From Nemertoderma westbladi (taxonomy: Eukaryota > Animalia > Xenacoelomorpha), in contig JAUCBJ010007467.1 in NCBI GenBank assembly GCA_032718475.1, forward strand, positions 1-36,541: DNA of 36,541 nucleotides, in the 5' to 3' direction. The position numbers and the translations under genes were made by a program. Positions within the stretch are counted from its first letter, which is position 1. Each line of letters starts with the position of its first letter. Below are positions 22,126 through 33,903 of this stretch, piece after piece. The notes under the pieces are model-generated. The model did not search any database, had not been told where the DNA came from, and saw only the letters and a program-made list of their open reading frames with translations.

Positions 22126-25100
22126 TTTACGCCATAAATATAGAGTACTGTATAGATACAAATTACGTAATAACAGAATACATATTACCGGTAATACTTT
22201 ACATAATTGGACAGACAGTAATATCCATATCCATGTCTTTAAAATTGTAAAAATTATTGCACCAAGAGCATAAAAATACATATTAGATTTGTTAAGTTTA
22301 TACTGATATTATTCGGTCATAAAATCTTTAAAATCATAACAGTTATTAATTTAAGTCAAGTAAAGAATAAAAATATTTCAAATACTATTAAACAAATAAA
22401 ATTTGAAGCGATAATCTGACTTGTGTCTAATCATATTTTAACGTACGTTTATTTCAGTATTCAGTAATTAGTAGTTAAAAATAAGTAAGTTAAAAAGTTA
22501 AAATATTAAAATATTGAGGTGCTGATTGCTCAGAGCTCTTAATGGCACCAAGGACTGCAAAATACATATTAAAACTTACTTAAGAAATCATTAAAATTAT
22601 TGCACCGAGAACAGAAAATAGGGGATTTCCCTACATATTAAATTTGGCAAGTTTATACAGATATTATTCGGCTACTGTCACATTCGGCATATATATTACT
22701 AAAATCTTCAGAGTCATAAAAGTTATTAATTTAAGTCAACTAAAAAAAAAAGAAAAAAATAAGTATTTACAAATACTAGTAAACAAATAAAAATTGAAAA
22801 CAATAATCTGACTATCTTGTGTCTATTCATGTTAGACGTAAGTTTATTATTATTATTGAGTAATTAATAATTAAAATAAATATGAGGCCAGTGCCTCGTT
22901 TCCATGGAGGTCCATTCAAGTACTGTACGTAAGTTAAAAAGTTAAAAATATTGAAATGCTGATTGGTCAGAGCTCTCTAGCTGCGTCAAATAATGCTCTT
23001 TCAGTTTGTGCTTAAAGGAAACAATGGATTCAGCAGTGGTTACAGACTCCGGCAGTTTATTCCACAGTCTAGGCCCTTCATAGCTTAGCGCAATTTGTCC
23101 ATGTACCGTGCGTTTATGAGGTAGAAGTGCGCGGTTTGAGGGTCTACGCATCCCAGGTCGACCTTCGTGAAACTCTACCAGTTCGCATAGATATGGAGGT
23201 GACGTACCGTGGGAAATACGGTACATGTGCGACAGAATTACTGACTGCACTCGCAGCCGTATTGGCAGCCAGTTTATGGCAATGAAGTGGGAGGAGTTGA
23301 TGTGGGATCGTGGACCCATTCCTAGGCAGTAACGAATGCACTTTCGCTGCAGCGCTTCTAATTGGTCACAGAGTTTTTTTGGGGCAGAGATAAACCATGT
23401 TGATGACGCGTAATCTAGGTGCGGCTGTATAAGACAGTTACATAGCATTCTCCGGAGTTCCCTGGATAATAAAGCCCCATTTCGGTGTAGGTATTTCAGA
23501 CGTGCGTTACCTTTCTTCAGGGTTTTTGTAGCCATTTCAACACCCGATAGTGTCGAATTAATCATTGAACCAAGATAAGTTACGCATTTCTTCGGTTTAA
23601 TATCAGTTCCCATACACGTTATCTGCAGCGTGGAATCAGGTAGTCGTTGTGTTGTACCAAGCAAGATACTTTCAGTTTTGTCAAGATTGATAGTTAGGCG
23701 GTTCTGTATGCACCACTCCATTACTCTATCCATAGTATTTTGCAGGGATTTTTGAATTACCTCAAGATTTTGATCACACTTAAGCAGGCCAAAATCATCA
23801 GCGAACTTTGGTGGCAGTATATCTTCTTTTCCATCAGTTATCATTTGTACTTGCGATACCTGCTCTAGGACCTGGTCAAAATCATTACTATTAACTAGGT
23901 ACAACCAGACACCTAGAATCGAACCTTGCGGTACACCATTGTCGATTGGTTTTACCTCAGACTTAGAACCATTTACTACAACATATTGTCTCCTGTTGGT
24001 CAAATATGATCTGAACCATTCCTGTGTCTTCTTAGTTGCACCTATAGCTTGTAGCTTTTGAACTAGAATGTCATGATTCACCGTATCAAATGCTTTTTTA
24101 AAGTCAATTAATATCATTCCTGTCATTTTACCCTGTTCCATCGCTACTCGTATGTAGTTGTCAACCAATAGCAGCGCTGTCTCTGTTGAATACCCATCGC
24201 GGAAGGCTGATTGATATTTGTTAAGGATGCCAGATTCAATTGAGTACATCTTAACCTGATTATAGACCGCACGCTCTACAACCTTTGATAGTATCGGGAG
24301 AAGAGATAAAGGTCTATAGTTTCCACGTTCTAGATTACGCCCTTTCTTGAAGGCAGCTGCCACTTTAGCGAGTTTGTAGATTTCTGGGAAGGTGGATGTT
24401 TCAATTGATTCATTCACAATATCAGTTAATGGCCCCACTATTGCTGATAATCCATCTTTGATAACTTTGACTGGTATACCATCCGAGCCGGTGGCCTTGG
24501 TTTCATCAAGGTCAGATATTATTTTAGCGATCTCAGCTTCATTTGTGGGAGATAGGTCCAGTCTGTTAGGGATAATCCCTTGTCGCCGATAATAATCAGT
24601 TGTTGCTACATGATCATACCGTCCTGATGGTTGAGGTAGTTTAGCTAATAATTCACCTGCTACACTCGTGAAGAAGTCATTTAGATGGTTACTAATGTCA
24701 ATGGGGTTATGGCAAATCTCTCCATTCATTTCCAGTGCTGTAGGTCCCTGTGATCCCTTTTTTTTCCCCATTTTTGTTGGCGGCCCAACTAGTTGCAGTG
24801 CCTTCCACAATTTCTTTGTGTCACATTTTGCATTATCTAGTGCTGTTCGTATGTAATTTCTTTTTTTAATCTTGATTAAGGCAGTAGTATTATTGCGTGC
24901 AGTTCTATAATCAATTTCTGCCCCTTCTGTTCGCTTAGTATGGATCTTTCGCGCAGCATTATTTCTATCGATTATAGATTGTATTACTTCACGATCGACC
25001 CATGGCTGTTTATGCGATTTTACTCGTGATTTACGAAGTGGCGCCACTTTGTCTAAGGCTTGTATTAAAACGGAAGATAAGTTTTCTGCTGCTGTGTTAA

Positions 25101-27197
25101 CATCTCCATCGTTATTTGTTGTTTTGGCAGTAATAAGCACTTGTAGTTCCTGGGCAAACACATCCTTTGAATACCGTGCATATGACCTACAGAGTATCTC
25201 CTTAGGTATTGCTTTTTCTGGCTTTGATCTTTTCCTAGTTACATATTGGTTCACGGTCCTTGACATAGGTGACCATTATTACCGTAATGTGTGTGTGTGT
25301 GTGTGTTAGTGTGTGTGTGTGTGTGTGTGTGTGTCCAGAGCGATATCTCAGTTATTTATTAATCAATCGAAACAAAATTTGGACAAAAGTTAGATATAGG
25401 GATGGCGAAGGCTCATACAAAAAATTGGGTGTCGAGATGGTATTTGTGCGATGTGAGCGCTATATTTGCGTGTTTTCGCATGGTTTAGGAAAAAGCTATC
25501 TTGTCATAGGGAACGCAATGAATGATTCTGATATTTGGCATGGAGGTACCTGAATTATTTGTAAATCGATTAACGGAGGCCGATTTTTAAATTTGGACCT
25601 ACATTATGACCTAATTGAAGATTTAATTAAGGTAATTAATTAGCACTGCTAGTACTGTCTGATTGTCTGCCTGTAGTAGGCATACCGGACCGGTACTACC
25701 TGACCACTGTAGGCCTATCTGCCTATCTTCATACTGTCATAGGTCAGTACAGCAGTAGGTCCTAGCCTAGCCCTAGCAGTAAATATAATATTTCGCCATG
25801 TTCGCAGGCGACTTCGCACTGACTACCAGTAGGCCTATGCAGCTATGCTATGAGATTAACCGTCCAGTCGTTCAGATGCATATGGTACCGGTACTGGAAC
25901 GGGTTACGGTTTAATCCTGCATTTGTCAATTACGACAATACCGGTACGACTTTGAGTACCGCTGTACCGGTACGCGGTAGCCTACCGTTACCGGTTGACC
26001 GGTAGGCGTAGGCGGTAGACCTACGGTGCGATGGTAGCCAGCCGGTAGGTGGTAGGCTTACCGTACCAGTATAAATGTTGGCGGATGGCGGGATGACGTC
26101 GTGTGGCGCGTAATTACTTACCGGTTGCCGGTAGACGCCTACCCAACTCGTAACTGGTGGTCGTGGTCGTGGTGGGATGAGCACAGGAGCATGAGGTCGC
26201 CTACGATGGGAACAAGTGAAAAGGAAACATAGGCCTACCCGAACGAAAACGTATTATTATTGTACTGATTAAGTAGGAGGACCGTGAACCTTCCAGGCTT
26301 GCCAGCTTGTACAATGTAGTGGTCACTTAATCGCTCAATTATCACTCCATAGGACGATACCATATCAGTTCGGGAAACAAAGACATGATCTATAATAGTT
26401 GATGTCGCTGCTGTAACTCTTGTAGGTTCTGTTATCAATTGGGTGAGGCTTAATGCATTTGCACATCTGTAGAGTTTTTTGAGCTCCGGCTTTGGATCAG
26501 TAATACTAGAAATACTTTTGATAATCAATCCTGTTTTTTTATCTACAGCAGAGGTCATGTCCACGTTAGTGTCACCAACAATTATACATTCGTTATAAAT
26601 GACTTCCTGAATTGTACTTTCCAGACTTTCGAAAAAGGTATTGTCATATTCAGGTCTGTAAACCACGCCTATGAGGATAGGTTTGGTTGCAGTTAGACGT
26701 AGCTCACCAAACAACATTTCAGATGGGCATTGCATTGACCATTGCATCATAATATTGAATGTTAGTGTGTTTCGGATATATAGAGCTACACCCCCACCAT
26801 GCCGGTTCCTATCTCTGCGATATGAGGTGTAGTCAGGTATATAAATCTCATCATCGCAAATTGTTGCATCTAGCCACGTCTCAGTTATAGCCAGTATAGA
26901 TATTGTACCGCATTCAAGCATCAAGCGCATTTCAGTCATCTTCGGTAGCAAGCTGCAAATATTTATATGAGCTATGTGGATGCCACGGGATTCAAATGTT
27001 TTTAACCAAGGATAGTGCTCATTACTGGCAGTAATGCTTTCAGTTCCACTTTGTGAAGCAACCAGGTCTCCTGGAGGTTGCAATAGGGGGCTACTCAGGG
27101 CTGGTACCGGCATTGACAGCGTCGCTTTGATGGGTGTCCCAGGGCAGGTGACAGATACTGGTGGGTTCCCATATGGATGGGAACCATAGAGATACAT
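22091..27197 (-). mobile_element. LINE C (relative of LINE B), 5'-truncated, EN-RT ORF split by a HINE
   Basis: (CAAT)n tail at 22091-22122; RT part 22942-25245 (KAFDTV, PQGS, FADD); EN part 26310-27197 (HINICSL, ITETW, GDTN, SDH); halves join in frame as SDHYIV-YVTRKR. Confidence 0.92.
25246..26309 (+). mobile_element. Helentron-associated non-autonomous element (HINE/DINE-1-like)
   Basis: 13-bp subterminal IRs ggttcacggtcct (25248-25260) / aggaccgtgaacc (26278-26290), short 3' hairpin caggct-tgcc-agcttg, (GT)n near 5' end, no TSD; boundaries fixed by the interrupted ORF. Confidence 0.85.
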
Positions 27198-27429
27198 ATA
27201 GATGCATATGGAAATGCTATTATTGAGTGTTATTTTTATGCATTATGATTATAATATTTAATATAACAGGTTATTTTATTTATTTCAACAAATCTGTAGG
27301 AATTGTTGTGGGTACCGGTATGTTGGTTATCTATTTCTATTTTCTATTTTTCGATAACAATTTTTCACACACAATGCATGCTATAGGAAGTAATGAGATA
27401 ATAATATTACCAGTTAAGCATTATGTGTG

Positions 27430-29080
27430 AATGGTGGCTGACACAGGAGATCCTATTATTTCAACCACCATACACAACATAAACACACTATTCTACAACT
27501 ACTATAACTATATAATTGTAATATATTAGGTAAATACAAATACTAAGAAATGTTACAGTTATTTGGACAATAAAACAAAATATAAGATTTATTAATTTGA
27601 ATTTAAAATGTAATTTTTCAACCTATTTTTAAAACTACCTATGCTATTTGACTGTCGCACTATAAGTGGTAAACTGTTCCATATTATTGGCGAAACGGAG
27701 TAAATAGATTGTTCACGAACTCTACTTGAATTACGAAATCGAAAGCAATTTTGAAATTGGGCGTTTCTGGTTTGATGATTATGTATAGATGAAACCGGTG
27801 TGAGGAGGGAAGGAAAAACACCACGGGGAAGTAAACCATTGACATACTTGTAGGAAATCAATGCAATTTGAAAGATAAAGATTTTACCTAATGATAATGG
27901 TTCAAATGAAGGCCGAGGGTGTGGCAGTGGATTAGTAAGTGGGTGATTGGATATGTCCAGGGTTGACTTTCCCCATACCGATGTACAATAAAACAAATAG
28001 GGATGGATTAGTGCATAATACAAATGTGATAATGCTTCAATAGATGCAAAAGATTTGATCCTATTGATAACACCTATGTTCTTACAAATTTTATTATTTA
28101 TTTTATAAAAGTGGTGTTTCCAATTTAATTTTTCATCAATTATTACTCCCAAAAATTTGGCATATTTGACCTGTTGTATTTGTACGTTATTAATAGATAA
28201 TGATTCACCTGGCGATATCGCTTTGTTACCTGGTTGGAAAAGAATGAAATTGGTTTTATCTAAATTTAAAGATAATCGATTTGCACAAAACCACTGATGA
28301 ATTTTTTCGAAAAGTATGAAATTTAATATACGGGATATATTGGTTAAGTCATTGCAATACAGCAAGAATAACAGAGGCCCTAATATAGATCCCTGCGGAA
28401 CACCATATTCTATGTTTACTAAATCAGATCTTTTGCCGTCAATGACAACGAACTGTTTTCGATTATGGTTAACAGTATCAAAGGCCTTAGAAAGGTCAAT
28501 TGATACTGCTAATGCTATATTTTTTTTATCAATATGTGAAGTAATTTTATCCAAAAGAGTTAGTAATGCTAATTCAGTAGATCTGTTCAACCGAAAACCA
28601 AATTGTGAGTGGGATAATATGTCTTGAAGTTCTAAGTATTCTAAAAGTTGATTTTGTACCACTTTCTCTAAAAGCTTTGAAAAAAATGGGAGAACTGAAA
28701 TTGGTCGATAGTTTATAGGGGAAGTGGCATCGTTAGCTTTAAATACTGGAATTACTTTGGCGATTTTGAGATCATCGGGAACTATTCCAGTGCGAAGGGA
28801 GGAGTTGATTATATAGGTAATGGGTTTGATTATAGCAGACAGGGTTGGCATAGCAACAGTGGCGTTGATGTCATCATGCCCAGGGCTAGTCTTGGCTTTC
28901 AAATTATTTGCAGTAAGTAAAATATCTGATATTGAGACTTCCTGAAATTCAATAAGACGATTAGGTTTAGAGGGTGAAGATAAATATTGTAAAGGGCATT
29001 GAGATACAGTTGGAATTTTTGATTCAAGATTTTTTCCAACATTGGCATAATAGTTATTAAATGCTGATGCTGTTGCCTTT
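27430..29080 (-). pseudogene. LINE D (CR1/L2 group), 5'-truncated RT with internal deletions
   Basis: FNNYY, NYRPISVL, QFGFR, DLSKAFD, PQGSILGP, KFLG, WNSLP; the catalytic ADD motif is missing. Confidence 0.88.
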
Positions 29081-29383
29081 ATCCCTACACCAGGGGGGGG
29101 GGAAACGCCGATGCTGGAGACGTGACTTTACAGACCACCGAGCCCCGGCCAGTCACCGGATATTGATTGTGGAGAAGGAATGATTTCTGAGATGCAGGGT
29201 TGCGGTTGAGAAAAAGCTGCATTAGTTGGATATACTCTTTAATGTAACTGAACTCTGTTGAACCTTGTCAACATCATTGAATTGAGAATAATTTTGGGCT
29301 TCCCCAAATCAATATACACCAAATATTCACAATAATTATACACGACAATATAAATCCCTACAGTATATTATTTAATTACCCAC

Positions 29384-30578
29384 TGTTCGCTCAGATTTTA
29401 GCTTAACTAATGTTCTCCAGATTTTCCCTCGGTCCTAGTCTTGATGCCGTAGTGTCGGTGTCGGTCGACCCTGTCGCGTGTCCGTTCCACCCCTCACGAA
29501 CCCCGAAGGGAACGATCATCGAGAACCAGCACGGCTTGGCTAAGGGTCGGTCCAGTCGGTAGACTCCGTCGCGTATCCGTACCACCCCTCTCGAACCCCG
29601 AAGGGATCGGTCATCGAGAACCAGTACGGCTTGGCTAGGAGTCTGTCGTGTCGGTGGACCCGTTCGCGTGTCCGTCCCACCCCTCACGAACCCCGAAGGG
29701 TTCGATCATCGAGAACCAGTACGGCTTGGCTAGGGGTCCGTCGGTTCATCGCAGAAACCCAACCACCTAGGCTTTCCGAGTCCCTTTCAGGCTCGTAGTC
29801 GCTTCGGCAGCCAAGAAACTGCTCCGAACAGTCGGTAGGCCAGTAGAGTCTAGTCCTTTGTCTTTCGACCCCGTCGCGTGTCCGTCCCACCCCTCACGAA
29901 CCCCGAAGGGAACGATCATCGAGAACCAGTACGGCTTGGCTAAGGGATCTGTCGTCAGTCCCGTCGCAAATCCCCGGTACAAGCAGTCAGCGTTCCGAGT
30001 TCTTTTCAGTCTCGTAATAACTGCCGTTGACCAGAGACCGCTAAGGGCAGTCCTCATCAAACCCTTCCTCCGTAAGTCGGTAGACCCTTTCGCGTGTCCG
30101 TCCCACCCCTCACGAACCCCGAAGGGAACGATCATCGAGAACCAGTACGGCTTGGCTAGGGGTCTGTCGTGTCGTTTCCCGTCGCAAATCCCTGACACAA
30201 GCAGTCAGCGTTCCGAGTTCTTTTCAGTCTCGTAATAACTGCTGTTGGCCAGGGACCGCTAAGGGCAGTCCTTGTCCTTTAGGCCTGGCGCGTTACCAAA
30301 TCCACCTCTACAGGCAGCAGGAAGTTGGCCAGGGCCTAATAGTAATCAGGCTAACCTGAATACTGCTTGAATTTTCCATCCCCCCCTGGCCCTTATAAAC
30401 ATGAAATTAGTCCCGTACCCTGTAAGTCGCCCCAAAGTTCGCCCATAAATCGCCCCCAGTTTATAGAATGTGCCCAAAACCCATGGTCCCGCACCCAGTA
30501 GTAATATCGGAATAATCATTTTAAATCAATACAAAAAATATTCAACTCGCGTTATGGAAAGTTGAAATACCGCGAACA
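29384..30578 (-). repeat. 3' LTR (1195 bp) with internal repeat array
   Basis: 7-bp terminal inverted repeats TGTTCGC...GCGAACA, directly preceded on - by a G7 purine tract; partner LTR not in window. Confidence 0.75.
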
Positions 30579-30587
30579 GTCCCCCCC
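30579..30587 (-). promoter_or_regulatory. Polypurine tract (plus-strand primer)
   Basis: GGGGGGGAC immediately 5' of TGTTCGCGG on -. Confidence 0.7.
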
Positions 30588-30750
30588 AATGACCTTCGTG
30601 AAGTCTGTCGGTAGATTGAGTTTGCGTAGGTCATTCCCAATATAAAGAACCCAAATTTAATATTGCATAGTTTTAATTAATTTGGCCTAGAGTTTATATA
30701 TATGTATAAAAATAAATGTTCGATAAATGTTCCTGGAATATCCCGATCCA

Positions 30751-32022
30751 CTATTTCTTTCTCTGATACGCCTTTCGTCTCTTCGCCCGTTGACTCTCAT
30801 CGATCGCTATAGCTGGTAGAGGAGCGTCAACATCCATCGTGAGTAACGCTTCGGCTTGTCTCCTGGCGGCTCTTCCTTTCGATGGCATCGGGAGCATATC
30901 GGTTCGTCGTTCCAACTCGGAGTTGCGAGCCTCGAGGAACCACTCTCCGTCGCCGAACTCCTCTTTATACGAGTATAAGCGTCTAATGACTTCAAATGGA
31001 CCGAATAATCCGGCGCTCAGTAGCAGATCCACGTAATGGAAAGGTAGCATGGCCAACGTGTGGAGGCGTTCCGGGAAGGAGAAATACCCGCACGCCATCT
31101 CCTGCGCGATATTCTGAGCGTTTCTCCGAACCTTGGTCTTTAAGTGGCTGTTTGCGTATGTTTCAAACATGACCATATTTCCCATAGCGGTTACGTCTTT
31201 GGTTGGACATTTGATATAGCAGCGGGGGCTAGAGGAATGTCCACGGAAACCGCACGTGGTGCAGAGGTTATATAGGGTCGGACAGACGGAAACGTCGTGG
31301 CCCGATGTCGCGCAGTATGGGCAGTAGAGTATCCCGATGAGCTGGAGGCACGAATCTGTAACCCGATTCCTTCTACCGCGTGGGCACTGCTCCGAACCGC
31401 AGTTACCGCAAACCTCCAATTGCATCTCTCGACCGGGGAATATCGGAATCGGGAGGCCGACGTAATATTCGAGTCGTCGGTCGCTCTTCGGAATATTCGC
31501 GGTGGCCGGTAGCCCGCGGAATGCTAGGCTTTTGCGTAGTAGGTTCTCGCTCCGATAACCTTCTTTGTGTCCCGTTGGTCTCAACTCGGACGACCGTTTC
31601 TGGCGGTGGATCCATTCAGTTTGCTCGGCGTACCAGCGGGTTAGTCGCATAGGGTCCTGAGGAACGGATGGTGTAGTAGCCACTGCTGGTCGGCGAAGAG
31701 GTGCCGGGGTTTTCGACGGAGGGATTCCGAGGAGATCGTCGGGAGTCGGCGCAGCGCTGGGGCCCTTCTCGACCAATATCGCTGAGCGGGTCTGTTGATT
31801 GCTGGTACTCGGAATCTCCGACGACCAGTCTTCGCCACCTGGGAAAGGATACGGGGATAACCTTTGGCACGTATCGCCGAAGTCATTTAACGCGAAGGTA
31901 GTAACCAACTCCCTCGCAGGGCTACCGAAGCCGAGTGGTGAGGAAACGCCCGCTTCCGTCGTTGGTTCGGCGGAGGCAACCCGTTTGGCGGCCGGTTGGT
32001 AAGCGGCCTCCAGCTCGAGTTG
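30751..32022 (-). CDS. Extra ORF, C-terminal half: Pro/Ser-rich linker + Cys/His zinc knuckles
   Basis: CPYCATSGHDVSVC (CX2CX4HX4C), CTTCGFRGHSSSPRC, CGNC; frame is open from 32022, right after the TGA of the upstream ORF. Confidence 0.7.
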   Translation of the reverse strand, partial: QLELEAAYQPAAKRVASAEPTTEAGVSSPLGFGSPARELVTTFALNDFGDTCQRLSPYPFPGGEDWSSEIPSTSNQQTRSAILVEKGPSAAPTPDDLLGIPPSKTPAPLRRPAVATTPSVPQDPMRLTRWYAEQTEWIHRQKRSSELRPTGHKEGYRSENLLRKSLAFRGLPATANIPKSDRRLEYYVGLPIPIFPGREMQLEVCGNCGSEQCPRGRRNRVTDSCLQLIGILYCPYCATSGHDVSVCPTLYNLCTTCGFRGHSSSPRCYIKCPTKDVTAMGNMVMFETYANSHLKTKVRRNAQNIAQEMACGYFSFPERLHTLAMLPFHYVDLLLSAGLFGPFEVIRRLYSYKEEFGDGEWFLEARNSELERRTDMLPMPSKGRAARRQAEALLTMDVDAPLPAIAIDESQRAKRRKAYQRKK

Positions 32023-33351
32023 TCACTTCGGGGTGGAGAGTAGAACACCCTCATTTAGCCATATTTCTTCCCCTTCCGAAGAAATCAGAGGCTCCTCCGC
32101 ACCGAGAAGATCGGTAATCGTAGGGATGTCGTAAGGTCCGCTCTCGTCCCAGGAATCGATAATGGCGAGCGTTTTCGTCTCTCCCGGTGTGATGTTCTCA
32201 ACCGCTTTGAACGCGTGGTTTATAACCTCGTTCCAGTCGTAGTCGACGAAGGAAAGAGGAACCGCCGTAATGAGGTTATCTAGAGTTTTACAGATAAACT
32301 TAGCGACGGTATAGCACTCCATAACGACGTAGACGTAGTTCCGTCGATCGGGATTCTCCCACCTATGGTGTATCATCCACTTCCGATCAACGTCCTTCCA
32401 TCGACCCTCTCGCTCGCTCTTTATTTCTAATCCCGGGTATCCACCATATATTTTATTATAGTCCCGGGATTTCTGGGGTTTGAAGTCGATGCCGCCGTTT
32501 AGCACAGCGAGGTAGCCGATCCCGGATTTCGTCGGTCTCACCTCTTGGAATCCTCGCATGAACTCGGCGAATCGTAACCAGGCTAGTAGCGTTTGAGTGT
32601 CGATGCAATGGCTAAGGGCATTGAGGTCGTCTCGTCGGTTTCTTCCTGAAGGAGCATTCGCGTAGTCGTTCCGGACGTCCGCCTTGATATCCGACCCGAT
32701 TTTAATGACGTCGAAGTCGAAGAGGATCTTTTGGATTTCCGGAGGTAGCAACCAGATCGCTCCGGCTGCCTGCACTTCCTGTCTGGGTGTCGGAAATATT
32801 CGACACACCAATACCAAACCGTCCAGGGTTCCGAGGACGACGACCAAGGATCGACCGTATTCTTTCGCCCCGTACTTTTCTTGGTAGTCGTCGCGATTCT
32901 GGATGGTCGATATACATTCCTCTCGAAGCGTTGCCGTACACTCCGACAGGTTTCCCCAGTGGGCGATGTACGTACTCTTGTCGTCGACGAAACTTTGACA
33001 TCTCGCCAATGTAATCGCTTTCGAGGTAGGCGTCGCGTTTCCCTCGTTGTCGTAGATCAAACATCGGGATCTGTAGACGCTCTGCCGGAACGTTTCCCAA
33101 AACGATGAATCGTCCCCTCCGGTTGCCTTTGCGTTCCGAGTTCTTTTCAGTCTCGTACTAGCATCGGCTAACCGGAGGGCTCGTAGATTCTTGGAATCCG
33201 GTCCCTCTCGCCCGATGAATTTAACGACTCGCATGTTCTCATTTAGCAGGGTGCTCCAATTTGTATCAAAGTCAGGGGATCCAGGTTGCGAATATTCCAG
33301 TAGATCTATCGTGTTACGTAATTCGCCGATAATTTGGCGATTTGGGTCCAT
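32023..33351 (-). CDS. Extra ORF, N-terminal half: DEDDy 3'-5' exonuclease-like (WRN/EXD-type) domain
   Basis: LPPEIQKILFDFDVIKIGSDIKAD, IDTQ, SGIGYLA, W...YVVME follow the WRN-exo motif order; 442 aa from ATG. Confidence 0.65.
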   Translation of the reverse strand: MDPNRQIIGELRNTIDLLEYSQPGSPDFDTNWSTLLNENMRVVKFIGREGPDSKNLRALRLADASTRLKRTRNAKATGGDDSSFWETFRQSVYRSRCLIYDNEGNATPTSKAITLARCQSFVDDKSTYIAHWGNLSECTATLREECISTIQNRDDYQEKYGAKEYGRSLVVVLGTLDGLVLVCRIFPTPRQEVQAAGAIWLLPPEIQKILFDFDVIKIGSDIKADVRNDYANAPSGRNRRDDLNALSHCIDTQTLLAWLRFAEFMRGFQEVRPTKSGIGYLAVLNGGIDFKPQKSRDYNKIYGGYPGLEIKSEREGRWKDVDRKWMIHHRWENPDRRNYVYVVMECYTVAKFICKTLDNLITAVPLSFVDYDWNEVINHAFKAVENITPGETKTLAIIDSWDESGPYDIPTITDLLGAEEPLISSEGEEIWLNEGVLLSTPK

Positions 33352-33903
33352 ATTTACGATTATATCCGTTACAAATTAGATCAGTTAATTATAAGTCCAA
33401 AAAGTCTGAAACTATGGCGATAGCAGAATAATTCAGTTTTTTATTTAATTCAGTTTATTAAATAACATTGCTATATAGACATCTATCATCTTATTGCTAA
33501 TACATTCAGCATTTACAGTTACTATAGCTATACATTAATATCCAACCAGTTTTTATGACTTTTTATGTCCTTTCTTTTTTCCAATTCTTTTCTTTAGACT
33601 TTTTATACCTTTTTTTGTCTTTTTTCATTTCTCTTTATTATTTCATCACATTTCATTTATTTCCACATATATTTCATCATTTAGTTCCACCATTTATTTC
33701 ACATTTTGTTTATTTCCACATCATCTTTGGGGTTATAGCCCCCTGGCTATCATCATTTGTTATAAGCGCAACACCAGGGTGCGCATCATTACATTTTCAT
33801 CATCATACGCGTCACCATTCAGGTTTATAGTAGAGTTGTCTGATCCTTTTCATCATTTCCAACTACATTCAATCATCTTCTTTGGTTAATCTTTGTCGTG
33901 GAA

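Noticed and set aside
29473-30164. Repeat-spacer layout resembling a CRISPR array with a self-matching spacer
   Set aside because: Repeats are ~75 bp, spacers are uneven and homologous to each other, there are no cas genes, and the context is a eukaryotic LTR
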